Source: Lepidodermella squamata (taxonomy: Eukaryota > Animalia > Gastrotricha). Taken from it: a stretch of 64,000 bases of DNA. The translations under genes and the position numbers were made by a program. The notes beneath the pieces were generated by a model. That model saw only the letters and a program-made list of their open reading frames with translations. It did no database searches and had not been told where the DNA came from. The stretch covers positions 744,001-808,000 of the forward strand of contig JBLDXI010000032.1 of the NCBI GenBank assembly GCA_047495785.1. The letters are read 5' to 3'. Below are positions 1 through 10,764 of this stretch, one piece after another. How positions within the stretch are numbered: position 1 is the first letter of the stretch; each line of letters opens with the position of its first letter.

Positions 1-39
1 ACAGTTCACTTCCTGAATAGTCCTCACAATCTTCATGAG

Positions 40-111
40 GCGTCAGTGGTGTAACGGTCAGCATGGTTGCCTTCCAAGCAGCCGATCCGGGTTCGACTCC
101 CGGCTGACGCA
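40..111 (+). tRNA. tRNA-Gly(TCC)
   Basis: GCGTCAG/CTGACGC acceptor stem, anticodon loop CT-TCC-AA, GGTTCGACTCC T-arm, downstream T-run terminator. Confidence 0.95.
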
Positions 112-196
112 CACGTTTTTAGCTCACGTTTGAAAGCAGCAATCACATTACTAGTAAAGGGATTGAAGCTGATATTGCCGAAACCAATGTTCGAAA

Positions 197-268
197 GGTC
201 CCATGGTGTAGCGGTTAGCACTCTGGACTCTGAATCCAGCGACTCGAGTTCGATTCTCGATGGGACCT
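197..268 (+). tRNA. tRNA-Gln(CTG)
   Basis: GGTCCCATGGTGTAGCGGTTAGCAC...CT-CTG-AA...GTTCGATTC...TGGGACCT, the canonical eukaryotic Gln scaffold. Confidence 0.93.
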
Positions 269-353
269 TGGCCCAAGTTTTTAGCAGGCAAGACAACAAA
301 CATGACATGCGGTGAAATTCAAACAGTGTTAACCAACAAGTGAGGTTAGCCTA

Positions 354-425
354 GGGGGCATAGCTCAGTGGTAGAGCGTCTCATTCGCATTGTGAAGGTC
401 TCGGGTTCAATCCCCGATGCCTCCA
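354..425 (+). tRNA. tRNA-Ala(CGC)
   Basis: GGGGGCATAGCTCAGTGGTAGAGC...TT-CGC-AT...GGTTCAATCC...TGCCTCCA; G3-U70 pair present; one T-T mismatch in the anticodon stem. Confidence 0.88.
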
Positions 426-484
426 GTTGGCCACTTTTTTCGCATAATTAATCTGAAATAATTACTTAAAAATTCGTAAAATTG

Positions 485-568
485 TGTCAGAAGTGGGGTT
501 CGAACCCACGCCCTCTTTCGAGGACCAGATCTTGAGTCTGGCGCCTTAGACCGCTCGGCCATCCTGAC
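485..568 (-). tRNA. tRNA-Leu(CAA), intronless
   Basis: Reverse strand reads GTCAGGATGGCCGAGCGGTCTAAGGCGCCAGACT-CAA-GATCTGG, then a long variable arm and GGTTCGAACCCCACTTCTGACA. Confidence 0.95.
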
Positions 569-674
569 TGCTTAACCAACATTTCGATTGGACGCATGTC
601 AACACGCCGTTTCTAGCTTTGAGTAATCACGGAACTTGAAATCCTGCATACCTAGGCTGCATTTAATAAGAGAG

Positions 675-735
675 GCACTGAGGCATAAAATGGCTATCGC
701 ATCGGACTTGGAAGATTGCGGGTTCGACTTTTCAT
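675..735 (+). pseudogene. degenerate tRNA-Arg-like remnant
   Basis: GGCATAAAATGGCTATCGCATCGGACTT-GGAAGATTGCGGGTTCGACT resembles tRNA-Arg with the anticodon region deleted and no acceptor stem. Confidence 0.5.
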
Positions 736-873
736 TCCAATTTGCATTCCAGCTTCGTTCAATTTTTGCATTTTAAATCAGCCGCTGGAACCACATTGAT
801 TTGTCTTCCTTGTTTCCTACTATTCCACAGCAATATTTTTCAAGATTTTGGTATTCTGATTTCCAATTATAAC

Positions 874-2396
874 TCAAGCTAAGAAGTGACCTCTCGTCGT
901 TGCGAGAACTAAAGCTAGAAAAGTCACATCAATGAAGAAGCACCCTATGATGATCCAAACACTCCACGAAGCATAACAATAAAGTTTCATGTACGACGAA
1001 TCTCGAATGCCTCCAGATGGCAGTGGCTCCATATCTTCATCCCTTTCCAGTTCCTCATCCTCAGCGATGGTTCCTACAAAACAAAGTTCAAATCTTTTGC
1101 CCAACATAATTTTCTATTTACCATGAATTGCGTGGTGTAGAGCATCCTTCGTTGCGTTGAATGAAGTCATAAAAGTATCCTCTACTTCATTTTTCTCTTG
1201 AAAATGAATAAAATTTCAAGGCCAAAACTGTAAAAAGATGGGTAGGACTTACTCAAAGCTTTAGCCGTTGTAGTTACCTTGAGAATCTGAGGTAGTGGCA
1301 CAAATTCGGTGCTCGAACCTCGAGATTTTTCAGTTGATTTCGCGCTACCCTTCGAGTCATCGTCAAGCTTCGCGCCATGGCCAATGTAGACAGTCTCTTT
1401 CTGAACTTGATTCGGAAGAGCATTCGCAAGGCGCCACTTCTTTTTCACCTGATAATCGTAAGCTGTTCGATTGAAGTTCAAGCCTTTATAAGGGTCAAAT
1501 TTTGAAGCGGTTGCAACGTTTTGCACCCAAGAACAGATTTCGCAAGATGCCCCGTGCCAGAAGAGGACAGCTAGGATCGCGAAAAATGAGCTCAGAAATA
1601 TGCCAATAAGAACTAGCCATTCTTTGATGAGCAAACTCTTCTCAGTAGACGAGTAGTCACATTCGTCGAAATCGATCTCGAAAGTAAATGAATGGTAGAG
1701 TAATAGCACCAAACTTGCACTGATTAATGACAGACTTATGAAAGCAAGACAGCGACTCAGTGTCATCCAATCGAAAACAACTTGACTTGGTATCCACATT
1801 GTCTCGTAAACGAATTGCGGGGTGGTAGCGACTGGGAAGACGCGTTTAAATTTCGAGTACTTGCGGACATGTAGGGTGAATAGCCCGGCGTAGGAGGCCA
1901 CTCGTCCATCTTCAAAATAAGTCCACATAGGCAAGGTAATCGCTGTCATTAGCAGGGCATAGATTACTAAGCTGATTGCAATCGTAAGTTTCGTCCAAGG
2001 TGACTGATTGCCAAAGTTTTCAATCATCGTTCGCAGCTTGCTCAAGAAGTTCCCTGGGAAACACTCCAGCGCGACACCAACGCCCTTTGTGCCAAGAAAA
2101 ATACCGCGTTTAGCTGGTTCCTTCGAAAGATTTGGTAGATTTGGCACAGGAATGTTAATAGAGTCCGGCGAATCCACGTAACTTGAATTAGCAATGCCCT
2201 TTTGATGTTGCGTTGGTGTTAGTGAAATCGGAGTGATTGAATGTGAAATTTTCCGAATGGGCTGCTTGCCTATATGAGTGGTAGACTGGCTCATCGCAGG
2301 CGTCAAACGAACCCTGAAACTGTCGCGACGAGTCGAAGCTATAGTTGTTCGCCGGGTCATCGAACGAGGGCTCATTGCGACTGTTGTTGAAGCCAT
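874..2396 (-). CDS. claudin/PMP22-superfamily 4-TM protein, 3 exons (2396-1253, 1196-1122, 1073-874)
   Basis: TM1 followed by LPMW...AGLF (W-GLW-like), DWMTLSRCLAF before TM2, TM3, and YCYASWSVWII (YGWS-like) TM4 in the last exon; phase-compatible GT-AG introns. Confidence 0.7.
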
Positions 2397-3824
2397 TTAA
2401 CGTGAAGACCAACAACTGATGGTGCATATTGCTGATGTCGAGTTTTTCGCTTCCGTTGAGTGCATGCGCATTATGTTTGCGATGCAGATTTGCATCAATT
2501 GACCGGAAAACGGATCATTAGCAGGAAAATAATGGAGGATGGCGAGCATCGATTGCAGCTACATATATTTTCCTTCTCTGCACTTGAAAACCAGATAGAC
2601 ACAAGGAAACAGCAACAAGAAAACCTGGATTGTCCCTAGTTCATGGGCCAAACTTCGTTGTTGTCAACTTCTATGTAGAAAATCGCACCAACAAATTTAA
2701 GGAATTTGCCTCGTATTAGATCCAAAATTCGATAGGTAATAGGTATCGAAAAGTAGTTATTCTTCTTGGTGGTGATTATAGAGGATTGACAGTATTTTTT
2801 TGCATTCGAAAAATTTTGCGGAAAACTTTCAGCGAAACCTAATTTTAGATATTAGCAAAAAGTCGCTTTTCAAATATTTCTACGAAATTAAGGCAATGTG
2901 TGAATTCTATAGCGAAGAATGAGTTTTATACAGAATTTTACGCTGAATTTAATGATGATTTTTGCCGATCAATCAAGACATCGTTGCAAGTTTCTAAAAG
3001 TGGGTTTAGGCCCATTGAAAATTTCAAAATTTGGTACCGTTAAAAGTAAGACCCAAAATTGTTGGCTGCGCAGCACTCATTCTTACCCAAGCCACCGTTC
3101 GAGTGTGTAACTTCAATGGCGAAATAGGTACCTCAGGCCTGGCTAGAAATAAGCATAACATCAAACCGTTGTCAGCATTCAGGAAAACCTTTTATTAAAA
3201 AGCCGGCTGATATGAAAACCGTTCAAACTCAGTTTTATTTTCCTGTGTGATATTTTTCAAAAAAGCACATATATCGCTTCCAGTTAAAAACAAAACAAGG
3301 GCAGCGGCAGCTAGCCCCGCAGTAGTGATATACAGCCAAATATTACACAGAATGACAATGTTACAGCGCTTTCTCACTTCAACGCGTCTACTTCCTCCTT
3401 TTTCTTCTTCAACTTCTTCTAAATAATAGATCAAAGAGATGATGATGAAACTTTCGACAAGAAAAAATCTACAAATAGATTGGCGCAGCGTCAATCTTCA
3501 ACATAATTTGCAAATAGAAAACGCCCTGTTCAATCATTTTTAGCCGCGTGATTTTTGCTGTAGGTAAAAAGAACCCGAATGATTACTGCTGTTGACGCAA
3601 TCATACACTGGTTATATTATAACGTATTTACACAAATTGTTGGTGTTTGTTGATGAGTCTTCTTTCTTTTTATATCTTCCTCGTACAGCGGCTATAAAAC
3701 AAGGCTTATAAACTCGGACAAGAAAAGACACGCACAGACGATCAGCTATAAGAGACGAAAAACACGTTTCTGATGTCATCAAAATTGTGAATGGGTGGTG
3801 GGTGTGAGTTTTATTCCAATGTGA

Positions 3825-6687
3825 CTAGTTACGGTGATACGGGTGGAAACGACCCCGGCCGCCCTGACCGCCGCCGTTGCTGCCACCGCCACTGCCGCCA
3901 CCGGACCGCTGTTGGCCATTTCCACCGCCAGACCGTTGATTACCGCCTCGGGAGTTGCCCGCACCGGAGTTACCGCCCTGCCACGATCCGCCACCGGCAC
4001 CGCCAAATGCTGCCATCATGTTGTTGTTGCCGCTACCGTCGAAGGGGTTGTAGCCGCCGAACGCGCCGTAATAGGCCGAGGCAGCGTTGGCCCAGTCCAT
4101 CGCTGAGCCCCAGTCGCCCCAGTTACCGGCGCCGCCCATTTGGCCCATTTGGCCGCCCCAGTTGTTACCGGGACCGCCGTTTCCGCCCCAACCTCCTAAA
4201 AGCATGAATTAGGAATGTTAATTGAATTAGGCATCAAAAAACTAAAAATGAGCACAATAATTTTTCTGAAAAATTCCACCTTAATTAAAAAATATCTATT
4301 TTAAAATAAAGAAATTCAGTCCTCCTGAGATCTCGATAAAAAAAATCTAGCGATCTACATTTTTAGCCGTATTAAAAGCCTACCGAAATTGTTCCAGTTA
4401 CCTCCGCCATTGCTGTTTCCACGACCTCCGCTGGGACCTCCCTGACCGCCACGGCCCTGGTTGCCGCCCATATTGTTGTTTTGTTGAGATTTCGGAGTCG
4501 CCAACTTGATATCGACCTTAAATGGGTGAAATCCAACAAGGCAGCAAAAATTGCCGCAGGGAGAAGAAAAACAAGACAGGTTTTAGAAAAATTGATCAAA
4601 CGACTGTATTTTTGAAAGACTTCCGGCATTTAAGGTAAATGCATAAATACAGTATATATATCACAGCATGCAAAATTCGGAAAAATTGATACAAAAATAT
4701 ATTGCAAATTCAATTTTCGTCTCTACCCTCTACTCTCTAGTCTCTAGTTTTGAGCCATTGAATCAATGAAAAAGGATTGAACCGCCACGACTCTAGTTCC
4801 GCGATCGAACTCTACTTTCAATGAATGAATGAGTGAATGAATGTGATTTGCGGACGATTCTCTGGCTCTACTTGCTCGATCACTCTACAGAGCTGATGCA
4901 TTGTTGGACAGGTGTCCAGCACGAAGAAAACGACACTTGATTGGCTCTAGCTTTTGCAATCAAAATTATGCAGAAAGTTCATTTCCGTATTTTTGCCAGA
5001 TTTTTGAATCGCCTTGTCCGCTTGATTGATTCGTTTTGAAGATGCCAATAATCGATGCAGCTGAGAGTGATCGGCTAAGCAGGTATCTCGTCTCCTCAGC
5101 AACAGCAACGGTCTGCTTCCTATCGACAAACGAATTGGCGGGGCGAGACAGAGAAAATTTGTTAATTTTCATCATCATTCAACACTAGTGAGTTTGAAAC
5201 TTCACGGAATTCTCTAGCGATGAGAGAAACAGAGAGCTCGAAATCGACTCTAAATTCATGGTGTGGTTGAGCTAGCGATGAATCGGCTTCGAAAAATGGA
5301 TAAAAACGAGTAATTGCCGATGATAAAGAGCAGTTGATGCGACGAAACTCTAGTTCAATATCTCTTCAAGTAAACTGACTGGAAAAATGCTAGAGAACGC
5401 GCTAATGAAAAACGAGCTTTGCATGGACTCAACATCACTTGGGACAAGAACATACTACGCAGTACATACCTCTTTGTTTCCGATTTTGATCTTTCCCGCT
5501 TTCAACGCTTTGTCGATCGATTCTCCTTTCTCGTACTGAACGAAGCAGAATACGCGCTTTTTGCCCGAGGCGCGGTCAGTCGGCCAATCCAACTCGGCAA
5601 CTGGACCGAATTGGGCGAAAGTTTCACGCAAATCGGAGTCTGATGTCGCATCAGGTTCGATGCCACCGATAAACAACTAGAAATCAGGAAAAACATTAAG
5701 TTGCGTCAAACTCAGCTGATATTACAAACTTTTCTGTTGACATTGGATGATCCTCCTTTCGCTCCATTCTGACCATTTTTGTTATTTTGAGTAGCTGGCG
5801 GTCGGCCATCGGCCTGTTTGCAATCAACGCGGCGTCCAAGAATGACATGCTCTTCCTTTTCCAGCACCTTGCCCAAAGCAACTTTGTCGACAAAGGTGAC
5901 GAAGCCGAAGCCCCGGGACCGTTTGGTAACAGGGTCCATTTTTACTAGCACACGCTCGATTTGGCCGAATTGACCAAAATATTCTTCGAGATCGGCATCT
6001 GTCGCGCGAGGTTGAAGACCCCCGATGAACAGCTTGCGCTCGGTTACATTTGCTTGGTCAGCAGCGTCGTCTTTTGCCTTTTCAGCTCCTTCGTCATTTG
6101 CAACATCTTCAGTTGATTTGGCAGTACCATTTGCGTCATCGGCGATTTTCTGATCCCGATCTTCTCGGCTGTCGATGCCCTCACCGTTATCAAGCTCGTC
6201 CTCATTATCAGCGGCTGCTAGCAATTCGTTGTTACCGCCAGTCTGGTTGTGTTCTTCCTCATTGCCAGCATGAGAGCCATTGGTTTCAACCTAATTACAA
6301 CTTAGTTAAAAACGAAATGTGAGTTCGAGATTTCTGACCTTAGCTGTTTCTTCCCCAGCCTTGGTCGCCTCCATCGTCTCTTCGGACTCTTCCTTCGCCA
6401 ACGAATCATCTCCGTGATTTCCACCCATATCTTCAGACTCGGCCTTGTTAATATTCTACCCATTAAAGCAAGAAGGAAGACATAAAGCAAGAACATACAT
6501 GAGAGGCGGCTCTGTCGAGAGTAGGTGAAGTGGTAGGTGAAGTAGTTGAGTTATTCATCTCAGTACCTTCGGCGGTAAGAGCAGCTTTCAATCTTTCAGC
6601 TAACTGAGCCTTGACGCCACTTGTGGCCAATTTCCTCTTCTTGAGCTCTTCTCTGAGCTCATTGACGGTCATTTTGTTGACGTCCAT
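3825..6687 (-). CDS. squid/hnRNP D/A-B-like RNA-binding protein with an N-terminal SAP domain; exons 6687-6499, 6455-6339, 6290-5730, 5676-5470, 4516-4402, 4195-3825
   Basis: [36 protein letters not shown]; acidic linker; RRM1 KLFIGGL...RGFGFVTF; RRM2 KLFIGGI...RVFCFVQY; Gly-rich tail ending GRGRFHPY (PY-NLS). Confidence 0.9.
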
Positions 6688-7733
6688 TATGAATAAGATA
6701 TCTATAAGGTCAAATGTGTATGTGTAATTACTAATTACTGTGATGCATCATGTGGACTGATGTATGGGGAAAGGGGCATGGGGTACGGGGTACGGAGGCC
6801 ATTACCGGTATGGCTGTGGTCAACTGCGTTGTGCGTTGGAAATGGATTCAAACGCCTACTGCGGTTCTAAATTCTTAACTACGGCTACGTAGCGCGAGTC
6901 TTGTGTCTTTATGTGTAGCGTGTTGCGAGGCGTATATTAACGCTGATCCAGACGCTTATTAACTACCACGTCAAATTTATATGAATGACTCTGACTGTAG
7001 GTGGTCTGTGATCGGTAAGAAAGGAAGTGGGTAGTAGGTCAGAGTAGCAGAAAGTTCCTAGATTTCATGCTACAAGACATGGAAGGAGCAAGAAAGAAAG
7101 ATAGCCGACAAGCAACTAGAACAAGGTAAAAAAAAATAAAAAATCTAAAGGCTTAATCAGAGGAAAAACTTGGCAGGCACATGGCACCGGGTCGTGGGAG
7201 AGTCGCGGGCACGAGGAGGGTGAAATAATGGCCGATTAGAGCAACACTCCGGGACGTCGAAGATGCCAAATCAAATAATCTTCAACAATTTGTAAATTAT
7301 AAAATTGAAACACTCTCTCAATTCCGTATTAATAGCATAACTTAAAAAATGGAAAATAATTTTCAGAAACTAGGGTATATGATGAGGTAGGTGCCAAAAT
7401 GGGTTGAATTTTCGGGGCAACCTGTTTGTTGAGCGAAACGTTTGATGAGGTAGTTCGATTCGATTCGACAGTAAAGTCTGAAGTGTGAAGTCGACCTTGT
7501 AAGGTGCAAGATGTTAAGATGTTAAGCATAGTTAAGTAGAGCGCGATTGATGAGTGAAGGATGTATGGTAAAGATAGAAATACGCGCCGTGCTCTAGGAA
7601 AAGCTTTAGGAACTGTTCTCTATCAACGTGTGACGTTGCTGTGGTTACTTGATTTCATTTACGATTTACGATTCAAATTTTCTTGCCTTTTAGGAATATT
7701 TTAATGTCGCTGAGTATTTAACCACTTGCTTAG

Positions 7734-10700
7734 ATGGCTCAACGTGATGAATTCAAAATCCGTTTTGTTAAGCCTAGTGATTCCTTCGACGAAGGGGAGG
7801 TTGAAAGTACTCCTAACGTGACTCTAGTTGAAACACCGCGAAGTCACGACGCAGCGTCTTCTCAGAATGTTGTCACGTCACCGGAATCCAACAATAAAAA
7901 TCGCTTGCGCCTTGCAGTCTCTGAATTATCAATGAAATTAGCTCAGCGGATCGAGGAAAAATGCAATGCAGAGACGAGCGAAAAGCCAACAGCCAAAGTG
8001 GACAAAATAAAGAGGCTGGCACTGGATGTGTCAAAAAACGTGAAAACCTGGTCTCTCGAGCAGCAAAAGTTGGCTGGAGGTCCAGAGACATCGAGCAAAA
8101 CTCCCAGCGAAGTGAAGCAACCTGATACAAGTCACCGAGACCGAAGCAGTAGCTGTTCAGACAAGCTTAGCTCTGATGAAAATTTCCTGCTTATCAGTGA
8201 TAATTCCAGTGCGTCAGGTTCAACGTTAAGGGACGCTTTTGATGAACCTATCGACAGTGGCGTTGATGCGCTTCAGTTTGAAGAAGGAGCACACGCTGTG
8301 CGCATTCCAAGCAGCAGTCGTTTAAAATCACATTCATTTAACGAGAATCTGGCTCAGCTTTGCTACTCTCGCCAGGCAGCTCCTTCACAATCGTCAACCC
8401 TCTCCACGACTTCAGACGAAACGACCTACAACAAGTCACCGTCTCCCCTTCCAGCCTTGACTGAGCAATCTGAAGCAGAGAGTTTTCTCAGTACCAGTGT
8501 AGCGTCTTCCGAGCCAAGTTTCAATAATTCGCGGTCAGTGCAGAGTGTGACCAACGTGGAAAAACACTTGCCTGATCATGTGCACAAAATTTCCCTGTCT
8601 TTATTCTCGAATGTTCATCAACAATGGCACACTCTGAGTCAAAACCGATTTTTTCCTGTAGTAATGCTGACGATTGGGGTTCTAATCCTTCGATTTATCG
8701 GAGTTCCAGACATGCTAACCGGCACTGTGATCGGAACTTTTGTCACGTGGTTCTTGTTCGTGCATCAACATTCGGATACTCGGAAAATTTCTCAATCGAC
8801 CAAACGCGAGAGTAAGCACCAGTCGAGTTCGTCGAAGCAAAGTGCTTCACATGGTAAACCGTCGAGCATAGCGCTGATGTACGTAGCTTACACGTACAAC
8901 CCTTGCACATTTCGCCTGCGACATTCTCAAACATGTTTGGTTTCGCTGAGTGGAACAACGCTCAAAATCGGTATTCCAGATAAGAAATCGTTGAAAGATA
9001 TTCGGGCTAAGTACAGCCTTGACCTTGAATCGCCTGGTGCCGAATACTTGGAGTCAATCACGTGTACTGAAAGTCATACGTTTGATCTTACTAAATGTAC
9101 TGTATCCCTCACTCCGTCTATCCTGGCAAGAAAAAGGTTTTTCAATAAGAAATACCCGATTCTTGTCTCGCGTAATCAAAACGATATTGCTGCGAACGAT
9201 CCAATGTTACAATCGACCGACATAATTTCTTCCGAATTCTATTTATTCACTATTTCGATGCGGGAAAAGGAGCAATGGTAGGAACGTAATATATTATAAT
9301 GAATTTTAGCTAATTTTCGTTAATGGCTTAGGTATCAACTGCTTAGCAGCGCTACCCATGGGATTCCTCTAAAGCCGTTCGATCTGATTCCTGTGCGGCG
9401 AATCGCGACTGAAGTCCCCAAGGAATCAGCCCAGGCTAAAAAGGACGTCATTCGATTGTCGAAATTGCGTACATCAGTTTCGGCGGGCAATATCGGCCTG
9501 GAGGCTGAACGTGAATCTCCTCCGGCTGAAAGCAAAGAAAGCCCGAATTCGAAGCTGACTAAAGATCTATTTCAATGGCACTACGTAACTCGACGTGAGC
9601 AGTTACGCTGGTTTTTGTCTCAGGCAACTGTTCTAGCGCCTACGTCACCCATGGCGTGGTTCAACGCGTTTGCCTGGCGAATTTTCTTCGAAATAATGAC
9701 AGTTGAAGAGCTGAAAAAGCAGATGGAAGACAAAATGCAGGCGAAATTGAATAAGATAATTCTACCACGTATCATCGAACCACTCAAGTTATCTGAAATG
9801 TCATTCGGAAATCGAATGCCCATGTTTAAAACATCGGAGGCGCCCACGGTTGACGAACGAGGGCTCTGGCTGACCTTTATGGTCGAATACGAGGGTGGCA
9901 TGAATGGAACGATTGAAACTCGAGTGAATTTACTGAAAGCTAAGACGTCTCATGGCAGTAACGACCCGAACTCTTCGACCGCTTCGATTTCCCCATTGCC
10001 CTGTAATAGTCTGCCGAAAACACCTGACGCTCGTTACCTCGACATTCTAGCCTCGGAGAGTTGTGAGAGTTTCTCGTCGAGTAGCGAGTCTGATGACGAT
10101 TCGAACCCGGCAGACCCGAATGCGCCGCACAATACGAGTGGCCATTTGATTGAGCGGCTGACAAATTCGCGTTACTTTGCGAAATTAATCGCTATCGAGA
10201 AGGTTGGCAAAGCTGCTGAGCGTGTTTCGCTGATTCCGTTGACGCTTCGCATTGAAATTAGCCGCATTGTGGGGCGCATGCGCGTCAACTTCCCGCCGCC
10301 GCCTTCCGACCGCATCTGGGTCGGTTTTGAGGACGACGAAAATTTCAACGTTGATCTTTCGCTGAAGCCGAAGGTGGGAAATCTCGAGTTGTCTGGGAGA
10401 ACTCTTCAACCAATTGTTTCATATCTCGAACGCAAAATAGTTGCTGAATTCAAGGTATGAATTTGTGGTGTTAGATTGCTAAGAATTGCATTTTTATTAC
10501 AAGCACATTTTATTGACAGTTGCGAGAATTCAATTATTTTTGAAATATAATATTTAATGTATTTTTCGGTTTTTATGCATATTTTTCATATTAAGCTGGA
10601 TCTTTCTTAATTTTTCAAACAATGAATTTATTTAATTTCCCCTTAATTTTTAGAAAAAACTCGTTTTGCCTTCGATGGATGACTTCTATTTCGGATTCTT

Positions 10701-10764
10701 CCGAGACAGCTGTTTTAAGCCGGATCTGCATGATCCAGTATCTTCGACGCCGATAATTGATTAA
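7734..10764 (+). CDS. TEX2: TEX2-like ER contact-site lipid-transfer protein (TM hairpin, PH-like, SMP); exons 7734-9277, 9332-10454, 10654-10764
   Basis: RKRFFNKKYPI, REKEQWY, WFNAFAWRIFF, VDERGLW, NFPPPPSDRIWVGF and KKLVLPSMDDF match TEX2/Nvj2 motifs. Confidence 0.88.

Noticed and set aside
33-315. ORFs of 82-91 aa
   Set aside because: They overlap tRNA-Gly and tRNA-Gln genes and are spurious
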